64,000 nt of DNA from Sphyrna mokarran (lineage: Eukaryota). The notes under the pieces are model-generated. The model did no database searches, was not told where the DNA came from, and was given only the letters and a program-made list of their open reading frames with translations. Below, piece after piece: positions 52,101 through 64,000 of this stretch. Numbering within the stretch: position 1 is the stretch's first letter; each line of letters opens with the position of its first letter. A program made the position numbers and the translations under genes. Location of the stretch: the NCBI GenBank assembly GCA_024679065.1, contig JAGIQG010000014.1:6820001-6884000 (forward strand), in the 5' to 3' direction.

Positions 52101-52234
52101 CCGTGCTAAACCTGTTACTCGTTTCTTCCACGCAGACAGTGAGATTTCTCACCCTCAGGTAGGCTAGCCATGTCTCACTGACGAAGTCAGCACACCCGTT
52201 ACTCTCACCTGTTTTATCTCCCTCGCAGAAGTAA

Positions 52235-52510
52235 TTTACGGTGCTGTGGAAGCAGCCACCTTGGATTCCTGGCCTGGGTCACTGTATATGCGCGCTCTAC
52301 CTGTTCTTCCCGTCTCTTCGTGGGTTTCCTCTGACTTTACCGGCTTCTTCGCACTGTCAAGAGGTCATGCTGGTTAGCTGCTTTGGCGATGCTAACTTCT
52401 CCTTCAGATTACCCGCATAGGCACTAGAATATGACAGCTTGGGAATTTTTATAGCCAATTCATTGCGGTGCAAATGTTACTCGACATATGACACAAATAC
52501 ATAAACATAG
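52235..52510 (+). mobile_element. Decayed HE1/V-SINE
   Basis: Paralog of 23080-23326, with V-domain words cgtgggtttcctc. Confidence 0.6.
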
Positions 52511-54834
52511 CTTAATCTTAATTTCAACAGCCACTTGAAGCCTAAGTTGAAAGATGAGTGCCACATGGTGTCTAGAGCGTGCGAACTGCTCCAAGAAGAG
52601 TGCAGCATGTTTCCTGACATGGACCTTTCTCCTGTCATCCCTTACACTACAAAATACAATTAGAGTAGTTTACCTTCTCTGAACTGCTTCTAAAATATTG
52701 CCATTTTCTTTGATAAGGAGGGCAAATTTCTTGCATTTTGTGATTTGCACAATTGAGAAATATACAGAATGATCTTTCTTGTATACATGCTGCCACAGCA
52801 AGCATTATATAAGAAAAAAATTCCTAGTCGCAAAATCAATTTCCATATCGCTATAGATTTCCGTTTATTTAGGGCAGAGGAAGAAGGAACCGGAGTACGC
52901 AATTCATCCCCTCGAACATACTCTGGTATTCAATACAATAAGAACTAATATATCTTATTCTTAATTCTGACAGTTCACAAAAAATCTTCGACACTTCATT
53001 AATAAAAAAAAAACGTCTCGTGCTTAAATTTACTTGATGCCCCGCCATCCACCGCATTGTTGTGCAGTGAATTCTACAGATTCACGATCCTGTGAATAGA
53101 ATAATTGCACCTCACCTTTGTTTAAACTTCGCTACCGTTTATCCGAAGACTAAATCCTCTCATTCTAGAATGTTTCTTCCAGCTCTACGCTATAAATTTC
53201 TAATGCTGACGTGCGCCAAAGAAAGACAATGAGTTACAAATGCATGACGTCCAAGGTTTTGTATCATGGTACCATGACCTTGTGTACCGTGTGAACTGAC
53301 GTTCAGAACTGAAACACCCCAGACAAGTCTCTGCACATGGCCCGTGAAAGAAATAAAATGAATACATTGGCTCATTTCAGGTGGCTGAGGAAATTGTTAA
53401 ATTATCTAGATGACAATTGACACCTTGCGCAAAATTCAAAGACATATATTGGTAAATTCCCGTCATTGATAACTGCTACAAAAAAAAAACTGTCTCTAAG
53501 CTGTATATTTATTTCAACGCTCAGAACATTAAGGCGTACGTTATTTCTGGCAACCCTAGTAAAAGTACTATAATCATGCAACAGAGAAGAGAATTTCGAA
53601 TAGATCAACACTGACACATCAAACAGGCTAGAAGTGAATATTTCCCGTAGGCTGTAGCAGAAATGGGATTTATCGCAATCTCCAGTTTTTAGACGTCATA
53701 CCTGTCGCCCAACAACATGAACGTTAATGAGTATCATTTAAGTTCTATGTCAACATCTGGACGTAACAGAAAAAAAGTGGCTATGTATTATGTAAAAACA
53801 ACAATTATATTATCAGAATGGATTCAATCTATGCTGCAGATATGACAGAATTTCATACCTCAAACTGATTTTGTGACGGTGCTGCAGTGCCAATGCTGAT
53901 TCCAGTGGACGAACCGTGAATCCGGATTCACTCTTTGAGAATGGTCACCGCGCTGCAGCCCTGTGTCACCGTCCTGATTACAAAGTATATGCTTTGAATC
54001 TGGGTTGGATTCCTTTCTGGGGCGGAAAGAATAAACGATGCTGATCAGAGGCTCAGCACCACAACTCAATATAACTCCTTAATCCTAGAACTTTAAATAG
54101 AATGAAACATTCGGATTGTATTCGAGAGTGGGAATGGAAGAACGAATGCACCTGTCCGCTTCGTGAACGTTGATATGATTTTTTTTTTAATTGTCCATCT
54201 GTTTCTTGCTTTGAAGGAACGGTTACATGGCATCCATTACAGACATATCTCAGGGTTATTATTTCGGGTTACGTAACTAGTGCATGTTAAGGTCTGTTTG
54301 AATAATACGAACAGTTCATTGCTATACGTCCTACTCATTCATTCTTCGCCGAGTTCCATCTAGTTTTGTATAACATGATTATATGATTCTTAAAATTCAC
54401 TCCATATAATATCAATTGTTTTCTCTTTTCCAATATCGGAAATATACCTTGGCCTATTTTCTTCCCACTGCCAAGCAGATCAACTTGTTGCGCGAAAGTC
54501 ACTTTTAATTTTGAATAATATAATTGTAATTCAACTAATTGTTGTGTTATATATATTTTTTCTCCTTTACCTATTCTGTCAATAAAATTGTGTTTGACAA
54601 ATCACTTATTCTGTCAAAGTTATCAAACAATTCTGTTTCTCCTTTTGAAGTTTTTTTAAATAAATTTCATATTAATCCTGAAATTGACCCATATGCAGGA
54701 TCCGCTCTGGACTTTGTTTATTTGAACTGCCTATTCTTGATTATTTATTCGGAAATGGTGTACAATCGAATGCCACAAAATGACGAAAGACAATAGTCAT
54801 AATACCGACAAGTTTTAGGATAGTTTATTTTGGA

Positions 54835-55165
54835 GTTGGCATAATGATATTGTAATCCAGTATAGCAATTTAGACACCAAACGTAAATTCTGGAATTCCG
54901 GGTGTGAATGACATCAGGTTGCAGAATTACAAATCAATATTATTTTTTAAAAAAATCCTTTAATCACCATGAATGGATTGTCGTAAATACATATTTGCTT
55001 CAAATAGGGAAAGAAACATGCCATCCTCACCTGCTGCCGGCTGAATGCCAGTCCAGAAATACAGAAACTATTTGACTCTTAAGTGCTCTGTGGAGAACGA
55101 TTTGTGATGAATGGTACATTATGACTTCTACCAGCAGATTCCCCATCCCATAACTGTATAAAAAC
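54835..55165 (+). mobile_element. Decayed SacSINE1/DeuSINE-like SINE
   Basis: Same motif order as 10065-10340, with the 5' head retained. Confidence 0.55.
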
Positions 55166-55871
55166 TGTTGCTCACCTTCAAATCAGCCTCCCACCCTGCC
55201 TCAATTGCATCATGCCCGTTTTGCAATGACGTCATGTCCCCTCCACAACCGCCCCAGAGAACGCAAAAGCAAAGTTCGCCAAAAAAAAAGATATGGAAAG
55301 TCATCGCTGCTGAAACGCTTTAGTGTTTTTTTTTCTTTTAACTTTGAAAAAAGCATGCCTGTAATTCTGAATTGAAATCGACATTTACATCATCTGACGA
55401 TGCCAGAGGAAAGTTTTATGTTGTGGTCTGTTTCTTGAAGTAGCATACATGGAAGTTATTGATAAGCAACGAGAAGGAAAACTCAGTCAATTACATCCCT
55501 GAAACGCTGAGCAATGTGTTACCGAATGAGCAAGTCCTACAGAGGACATAGATTATAGATCTGCAATTGAACGTAAAGGAGCAATGTTAGTGATTGTGGG
55601 GGGCTGTAAGAGTTTTTTTTTGGAATTTGGGAGGAGTATGGGAGCGTTGTAAGGGGAGGGGTGTGAATGATTGGAGCCTACAGAACGTTGCTGCTGTCGG
55701 CTCAAAGGGGATGGGAGTGTCTGCGCGTCTGTGTGTGGGGCGGGGAGAAGGGAGAGGGGAGACGGTGGGGACGGTGGAGGCCTTCAGCCTCAGGAATGCA
55801 AGTCCAGTCGTTGTGCACCGGCAGAGTGCGGTTCCCGGCTCTTGTGGCCTTCCCTAGGCTCTGGGTTCTCT

Positions 55872-58153
55872 TGGCATGAAATGATTTTGGCGGATAGGAT
55901 TAAGGAAAACCCAAAGGCTTTTTATTCCTATGTCAGGAATAAAAGGGTGGTTAGAGGAAAAATCGGACCTCTTAGGGACAGAGGAGAGGAACTGTGCTTA
56001 CAGCCCGAGGGAAGGCGGAGATCCTGAATGAATACTTTGCGTCGGTATTCAGGAAGGAGACGGGCTTGTTGACAGCTCCTGTCTCTGAGGGAGCTGTGAA
56101 CCAGTTGAGGGAAATATCCATGCCGAGGGAGGAAGTGTTAGAGCTTCTAGGTAGCATTAAAATTGATAAATCTCCTGGGCCTGATGGCATTTATCCCAGA
56201 CTGCTTAGGGAGGTGCGAGGTGAATTTGCTGGGCCTCTGACGCAAATCTTTGTCTCTTCCTTGGAAACAGGTGAGGTCCCAGAGGACTGGAGAATAGCTA
56301 ATGTTGTACCGTTGTTTAAAAAGGGTAACCCTGGAAATTATAGGCCGGTGAGTTTGACGTCAGTGGTAGGGAAGTTGTTGGAGGGGATTCTTAGAGATAG
56401 GATGTATAGGCACTTAGAGCGCTGCAATCTGATTAGGGATACGCAGCATGGATTTGTTAACGGGAGGTCGTGCCTTACAAATCTGGTAGAATTTTTTGAG
56501 GAGGTGGATGAAGGGCGAGCCGTTGATGTTGTCTATTTGGATTTTAGTAAGGCGTTTTACAAAGTCCCTCATGGGACGTTAGTCGAGAAGGTCAAGGTGA
56601 ATGGTATACAAAGACAGGTAGCTAGATGGATAAGTAACTGGCTTGGTTATAGGAGACAGTGAGTAAAAGTGGAAGGGTTTCTCTACTTGGAGGTCGGTCA
56701 CTAGTGGTGTGCCGCAGGGCTCGGTACTGGGACCTCTTCTATTTGTAATATATATAAATGACTTGGAAGAGGGAGTAAGTGGAGTGATCAGCAAGTTTGC
56801 AGCTGATACAAAGATGGCTGGACTTGCGGATAGTGAGGAGCATTGTCAGGCGATGCAGCAGGACATAGATAGGCTGGTAGCTTGGGCAGACAGATGGCAG
56901 ATGGAATTCCATCCTGATAAATGTGAGATGATGCATTTCGGGAGAAAGAATGTAGGGGGTGGTATATGATAAAGAGTAGACCTATTAAGAGTATAGAAAC
57001 GCATAGGGACCTGGGGGTACAGGTGAACAAGTCTCTGAAGGTTGCAGAGCAAGTGGAGAAGGTTGTGAAGAAAGCATATAGTATGTTAGCCTTTATAGGA
57101 AGGGGTATAGAGTACAAGAGCTGTCCTTTAATGTTGCAGTTGTATAAAACGCTGGTTAGACCTCATTTGGAATATTGCATCCAGTTCTGGTCTCCTTACT
57201 ACCGGAGAGACTCTGGAGAGAGTGCAGAGGAGGTTTACCAGGATGCTGCCTGGTATGGAAGGTCTGAGTTACGAGGAGTGGCTAGGCATGTTGGGACTGT
57301 TTTCCTTAGAAAGACATAGACTTAGAGGAGATCTGATACAGGCGTACAAGATTTTGAAGGGGATAGATAGAGTAAACAGGGTTAAGTTTTTCCCTAAGAT
57401 GGACTCAAATAGCACGAGGGGTCACGGGCTTAGTGTGAGGGGGTAAGGTATAATTTGGATGCGAGAGGGAATTTTCTCACACAGAGGGTGGTCGGGGTAT
57501 GGAATGCGCTGCCAAGTAAAGTGGTGGAGGCAAGTAATCTGGAGTTATTTAATAAATGCTTAGATGGGCACATGAACAGAATGGGAATGGAGGGTTATAG
57601 AAAACTGATTTAAAATAGGGAGCATGAGCCTTGGGAGTCCCTAGGAAGTGTGTAAATAGATGATAATATTGATGTACTTGTTCTTATCCTACAGGTGCTT
57701 TGGTCCACCTGTTGTCTAACGAGGGGCATACATGCGATGGGTCGTGAGAGGACTGCTCTTGGATCTTTCTCGAGAGTATCGTACTGCTTCACGTCGTTAG
57801 TGTATGCTTGACCTGGACCATCTGATGGGCAACACGACAGCTCAGTGACTATCGCTGTGCTGTGCAGATACATGGATCTGGGCCTGTGTCTATGAGAGTT
57901 TGCGCATTCTCCCCGTGCTTGCGTGGGTTTTCTCCGGGAGCTCCGGTTTCCTCCCACATCCCAAAGATGTGCTCTTAGGCTAATTGGCAAAACAAATTCT
58001 CCCTAAATTGTCTCAAATTTGTTTTTTAATTCATAGATTTATAAACATGGACAGGGATCGCGGGTCGAGGTGGGAACATCGGGGTGGCGGCGTGGGCTCG
58101 TTGGGCCGAAGGGCCTGTTTCCCGTGCTGTTTTGTTCTTTGTTCTTTGTTCTT
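55872..58153 (+). mobile_element. CR1-type LINE family B, 2.3 kb, RT with several frameshifts and a V-SINE-containing 3' UTR
   Basis: KSPGPDGIYPRLL, NYRPVSLTSVVGK, QHGF, YLDFSKAF and PQGSVLGP motifs, with a (ttctttg)n tail. Empty site in paralog at ~25960. Confidence 0.95.
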
Positions 58154-58624
58154 AGTGTAGGCCCAGGCTTCTCGAGAATTTCACTGTCTCTGGAAGCCGC
58201 TCTGGAGGAATCCCCGGCTCTAAGGCTGTCTGTAGGCAGCTGCTGCTCCGCGTTACTTCCATACGGGAGTCTCCAGGGTCTTAAGAATCGACAATCATAA
58301 CAAAATGCATTGAAGCATTATTCGAGACTTTGAAAGAGTTAGAATTAAGTTTGAGAAACATAGAGAAGAGTTTCAGATAGATTGGAAAGCATGCTGGACA
58401 CAGCTTGCAAGAAGTCGCCTCGCTCCGGCGCCACCTTGGAAGACAGATATGAGTATGCAACGCTATATTTCAAAGTAGGTTGCCAGCTAATCCTAATTCA
58501 GTATCCGTCGTGGTCATTGATGATTTAAAGTGAAATTATTTGCTACTTAGTGTGAAAAGGTGAACGAAGAAGGGCATCAAAACAGAAAAAAAACAATAAG
58601 CTCGATTTAGTGTGGTTCTGTTTA

Positions 58625-58950
58625 CAGTTGTCATTGTGACATTGTAATCCCGAGATAACAATCCAGACATCACTCGTATGGTGTGGATTCTAGTTTAGAA
58701 ACCTTAATATTGTGGATTTGAAAACAATATTGTTTTTCGAAAACTGTGTGATGACCATGAATAGATTGTCGTAAATAGCTTTCCAGTTCACGAATCCCAT
58801 TAGGGAAGGGGATATGTTATCCTCATCTATTGTGAAGTCGATTCCAACCCATCACAATCCAGTACACTGTTAAATGCTCTCTCGAGGACGATATGAGACG
58901 AACAATAAATTATATCGAGTCCAGACCGACCCAACCCAGTAATGGATAAA
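58625..58950 (+). mobile_element. Decayed SacSINE1/DeuSINE-like SINE
   Basis: Paralog of 26480-26800. Confidence 0.5.
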
Positions 58951-59619
58951 TGGTGTTGCCCTTAGTCTGTTTAAAGAACCTTCGTGTGTATATAATACGA
59001 GACTCTAACTGTTGGATTTGATATATGTACTCACTCTTCCTGATATGAATGATTTTTTGCAGCGATGTTGCGCATATGACGGAGCATATTTTTGAGCAGT
59101 TGTTCAGGGCATCATCATACAAATTACACGTTGGTTGTTTCATGTCTCGATCAGTAATAATGTACGCACAGCGTTTGCGGAGTTCAAGCGGTCGGCGACA
59201 TTAAACTGAACGCATTCATTAACTTTCTGGCAAGCAATTCCAAATGGAGGGATCCAAGTTGTTTGACTGGTACCTTTCCTGAAATTCCCCTTTCATTGCT
59301 GCAGCTGCCAAACTATATAAGAAATTACTTGCTGCTCAGTAATGGAAAGATACAGCAAACTCCTGGAGGAAGCCATGAATCAACTGGTTAATTTGCACAT
59401 TTTTGACATTCTCCAGATTCTGAATAGAAATCAGATCTATGCATGTTGACGAATTCTGAACTGGTGATTTCATCTGAGACAAAATGGAACATAATAGATA
59501 AACGCACAGTACTTGGATGAACTTGCCGTGTGGATGGAAATGACAAAGAATGGAAAGATCAAAGGGATTATAAACTCTTTCATTTAGCATTAAACAAAGG
59601 GGTCGCATGAAGCATCAGG

Positions 59620-60540
59620 TGGCACTTGCCGTGTACATTAATATTTGTGGTGTGAGGCTGCCTATGGTGAAATGCGATAGATGTAGAATAAGGCACCAAA
59701 TCTTTGTTACAAAACAACTATGGTGCAAGTCAGTATCACCACGATAAGGCAGTATCTGGTGTAACGCAATTCCTGAATTTAAGAGGAAACCACATTGAAC
59801 GGTAGAACGTACGATGTAATGCATTACCTGCAGAGTGAGGCATAACCAGGTAAGGTACACTTCTTACTTAAGGCGGATCCAACAGTGTTAAAAGATTACT
59901 GTGGTGCAAGGTAGAACATGTTGTGGAAGAAAGTAATTGTGGTTTAAGGCAGCACCTCTCATGTAAGCCACTACCTGTATTGCAAAACGGTACCTGTGCC
60001 ATTCGGCATTTCTTTCTGCGGTGCAAAGCAGCATGTTTGTTGTTAGGCAGTACAGCTTTGTAAACATGTAGTATAATGCAGAACCTGCAATGAAAGACAC
60101 TTTCCACAGTGAGGGCAATTCATGTGTAGAAGGCAGTGCAATATCTTGGGTGAAATCATTTGTCGCGGCCTAAGATAGTACCTTTGTTGTAACACAGCAA
60201 CTACGGTGTAAGGCAGTCCTTGCGGTTTAAAGTGGCACCTGTGTTATAACCCAGCTCAGAAATTTCAAGGTATTGTGTGAAGTCAGTCAGCACCAATGAA
60301 GATAGTGTCCACGTTGGAAGGCAGCAGCTCCGGTGTAAGCCAACAGCTGTAGTGTAAGGACATGTGGATAGTGCAACACAATACCTCTGGAGCAATCAGT
60401 ACCTGCGGTGTACAGAAGCTCCAGTGATGTAAGATGGAACTTATGATGTAAGGAAGTAGCTTCGGTGTAAGAGAGCACCTACGGTGTAACAGCAACTGCA
60501 ATGCAAGACATTACTTGCATTTTCTAGAGGCACCTGTGTT
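59620..60540. repeat. Degenerate 19-bp minisatellite, distal block of the gene 4 unit (short proximal remnant at ~61390-61610)
   Basis: Paralog of 27480-28420. Confidence 0.75.
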
Positions 60541-61616
60541 AGAATGCATGCCAGAAATTTCAAGGTGTTTAATGAAGTCGGCCTGAAACGTCTGCTTTGT
60601 ACATTGAAGTTGGCGCCGGGAAGCTTGAGATGTTTCACTCCAGGTATGACTTAAATGAACTACTGGTGAGCTGGTCCCATAAAGTCAACTTCAGAAATAC
60701 AGTTAACACATAGAAAGAAAATAGCAAATTGAATTTTAGCAATTACAAAAAAATAAAAGAAACAACCAAGCTTAACAGCAGCTAACAAACCTTAACAGCT
60801 CAGCACATCAGGCGTACCAGCATATGCACCCAGTCTCGATTTAGCACAAAAATTTTGTATTCCCAATGAATTTTCAGCTCTGTAAGGCCTGTGGTAGTTA
60901 GTTCTTTGGATGGAGAAAAGAAACACCTGCTTCTCCATTCTGGAACTCACAGCACATCGAAGTGGAGACAGTGCCGCTGCTTTCCTCCAGCTTGCAGACT
61001 ACAAAAAACAAAGCGTTCACTCCAGAAAATTAAGAAACACTATTTCAATCTAGCAGCAGAATTTTTAATAGAACAAAGCGGCAAAATAGTGCTTCCAACC
61101 TCGAGCCCAAGCAACTTCGAAATAAAAACAACCAAAACTAAAAGTGAAAGAATCGGCGAAGAAAAATAAAAGATATCTCTTTCCTTTTGACCTGTAAACG
61201 TTTTCCGCAGCAATTCCAAATTTCCAAAAACTTCAAGAGCGTGCTTTAGGCCCAGATTGAAAATAAACAAAATACAAATTAATCATTTGATGACCAATGA
61301 AATGACATTACTCAGATGGCCTGGTGCCTGTTTATTATTGCAGAAAACACGATTAAACATACACTTCATAAAGCATAATAGCGTCACCTCTGCAGTGTAA
61401 GTCGTTACTTGAGTTCAAAAGCAGTACCTGGTGCATAGTGGTATTTGTGGTGTAACACAGAATTTTTTTGGTTAAAGGTAACACCTTCGTTGTAAAAGAG
61501 TAACCGCGATGTAAAGGATTATCTGGGTCTAAGGCAGTAGTTTTGGAGATATGCAGTGCGTGGAGTGTAGGGCAACAACTGTGCTGTAAGGCCGTACCTA
61601 TGGTGTCAGAAAGTAG

Positions 61617-61751
61617 ACATGATGTGGAGATACCGGCGTGGACTTGTTTAAAAACAGTAAGGAGTCTCACAAATCCAAGTTAAAATCCAATATGTGTATT
61701 TAGTAGTAAAGGACACGATATTTGGGGCTCTGTCTCTTCGTCAGTTGAGTT
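61617..61751 (-). mobile_element. Penelope-like terminal repeat in the presumed 3' UTR of gene 4 (hammerhead degenerate)
   Basis: Same position as 29237-29371. Minus strand reads CUGACGA-A-GAGAC-AGA-GCCCC-AAA, with stem II mismatched and the G of GAAA lost. Confidence 0.7.
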
Positions 61752-61869
61752 CACCAACGATTCAGTACTAGCGTCAGAAGATAGAACAAAGAGTGGAATA
61801 ATGCTTCCACTAAAAGAGACGCGTGACATTGTTTGTGTCAGGAAGGCCAGCATTCAAACTTGTACTTCA

Positions 61870-62801
61870 CTATTGCCTGAACAGGGAGACTAAATTTAAT
61901 TTTACATACTTTTGCAACATCAGAATTATTCTCCAAGGAGATTTCACGATCTTCTGCAGCTCGTTCCTGAATTTAGCTGGTGTAACTGCATAAATACACG
62001 TGTTTGTGCATGAACTTAAATGCATGAGCATTGTTCCGGTTTCAATAGCGATATATTCAGGAGATGTATAATTCCGCCGGATCTGAGCGACCATCCCACT
62101 GACTAAAAAGCTAACGACTCTTGTCAGCCACAGCAGTAGAAAGCTACTAGAAATAGTGAACAAGAAAATAATAGACTTCCTTCGGTTCTGTATCTCTGGA
62201 TCATTCTGATTCTCGCTGCTTTGTCCCCGGAGGCCTGCGCGGGCTTTGCTGGACAACAAAATCCGTCTGATTGTCAAAAAATTTAATAGTAATATCAAAA
62301 TGAAGGGAATCCATGTCAATAAGATACTTTGTAACCAGCTGAATGCTACACCAATGTGAGAAGTATAAAAAGCCTGGCTAGGGAGGACACCCCATTGAAC
62401 ACTATTTATTGTGCTTCTCTCTTCATATGCAAACCAAATGTACAAGTTCTGTGAATAGGTAAGGACTGTGACTGTTGTTAAAACTGCAGCAGCTGTTCTC
62501 GCTGTGCAATACGTTGTTTTAAACTTCTGACTGCATATGGCAATATATCGGTCAAACGTGAATGAAACTGTAAACCACACTGACATATACAGGTTATTAC
62601 AAAGCATATATATCATTAATTTGCAAACAACGGTGTAGGAGAGGAATGAATTAGGAAAACGTTTTGTCAAAACGTTATACAAAACTACATTGATGAGCAT
62701 CACTAACAAATCTGCCATTGCCATGGCCACCATGTAGATAGAGACACATCTGGAAAGGCCGCAGTTTCCTTTGGCGAGGATCACGATGGTCACGAGATTC
62801 G
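61870..62801 (-). CDS. GPCR gene 4, exon 2: GPR139-like class A GPCR (exon 1 expected beyond the window end)
   Basis: Intact 932-nt exon with acceptor tcttcactttcgttcttacag|CG, FDRY and NTCIY. Confidence 0.92.
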
Positions 62802-63319
62802 CTGTAAGAACGAAAGTGAAGAGCCAATAACGGAAATAGTTTGGTGACAGAGAAAGCTTGCGTACACTTTCGCTCAGTTTTTCGCACGGAGACATTCTAT
62901 TGAACAAGTGAGCGGAGGAGATATATTTATTGAAATAGACATCATAAAATCAATATTTAGACACCACAATGGTTTCCCCACTGCAATAATTTAAGTGTAA
63001 TCGTTTCCACATGTTGAGGGAAGGGTTGCCCAATTCCGTCTACAGAATGTTAATGCGATGTTACCCTCAGCACCATCGACAACAAAAAAAAAGTCTCAAA
63101 TGAGATCAATTATGATTTCGGAGAACTGAATAAATCGGGTGATCTGGGATTAGCTTCCTTGCATCTATATCGAGTTAATTATAATAAGCAGTACCCCTGG
63201 CACTGGTCTGAAACTGCATTCACCCTAAGTCGAAATCACACCTCGTACTGCATGCCCTGAGGGAAATCCTCAGAAAGAAAATTTCGGTTTCCTCAATAAA
63301 TTGTAGTTTTTTCATTTCC

Positions 63320-64000
63320 TTAGTGACTGTCCCAGGCTCAAACATCTTCAGCTGCTTCATCGTGACCTTTCTTCCACTACAAGGTCAAAATCATTCATGA
63401 CTCCACGATATGTAATATCACACGTGAATCTTCAGATATCAAGACAACTCATGTCCAATTACAACAAGATATGGACAACTTCCAGGTTCGGATTGACACC
63501 TGGCAAATAATGGCTGCGTCACACAAGTTTCAGGGAATGACCCCCACAACATCAATGCATAATCTGAGCACTTCCTCCTCGACGTTTGATACTATCACTG
63601 AGTCTGCAACTATGATCTTCAACCATAAACACAATCGGAACTGAACGAGTGATATGAAAATAAACTTTAACAACACTCAGCAGGGCTGGCAACTTCCGTC
63701 GGGGGAGAAAACAGTCTAGAATTCCCTACGTTTGCTTCAGTTTCCAGCATCCACTCTATTTTGTTTATTTTAGCAAGTAAATAACGTCCAAAAGAGCAGA
63801 TCAGCGTTTAGAAATCCTGAGGTGATTAATTGACCTCTTGTCTCCCAAAATCCGTTGCACTATTTATATGTTGATGGAGTGATGGAATACTCTCCACTTT
63901 CTTGCACGAGGCAACTCCAAAGAAACTCAAGATGCTCTAGACAACGCAGGGCGAAGCAGACTGTTGGAATGCTGACGCGTCCACAAAATGTTAATTAACT
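63320..64000 (+). mobile_element. Old decayed CR1-group LINE in the gene 4 intron
   Basis: Paralog of 6345-7410 and 46595-47650. Confidence 0.7.

Noticed and set aside
55590-55790. G-rich tract (also 25725-25870) as a G-quadruplex regulatory element
   Set aside because: G-runs are irregular and not conserved between the two paralogs.
55994-57500. Autonomous active LINE
   Set aside because: It is 5'-truncated (no ORF1 or endonuclease) and has several frameshifts and stops.
61712-61750. Second active hammerhead ribozyme
   Set aside because: The GAAA box is lost, and stems II and III are disrupted.

Overview
Eukaryotic, repeat-rich genomic DNA. The repeat content (HE1/V-SINEs, SacSINE1/DeuSINE-like SINEs, CR1 LINEs, Penelope-type termini) points to a shark or other elasmobranch. 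The window is a tandem segmental-duplication array with units of about 12-20 kb. It carries a cluster of two-exon, minus-strand class A GPCR genes of the GPR139/GPR142-like type: gene 1 (join 8839-8770, 5806-4875), gene 2 (31919-31850, 30426-29585, frameshifted near the C-terminus), gene 3 (48488-48419, 45323-44392) and gene 4 (exon 2 only, 62801-61870). A fifth unit (about 14.3-19.4 kb) keeps the flanks but has lost its gene. Each gene is followed on its 3' side by a decayed ~19-bp minisatellite (consensus ~GGTGTAAGGCAGTACCTGT), which on the gene strand is dense in miR-124 seed matches. Genes 2 and 4 carry a Penelope-type terminus in the presumed 3' UTR, and in gene 2 it has an intact minimal hammerhead ribozyme core in sense orientation. 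The window also holds a CR1 LINE family with a V-SINE embedded in its 3' UTR, fossil RTE LINEs, a tRNA-Thr-like pseudogene and a local inversion bounded by a 16-bp inverted repeat. All family assignments come from motif recognition, not database searches.
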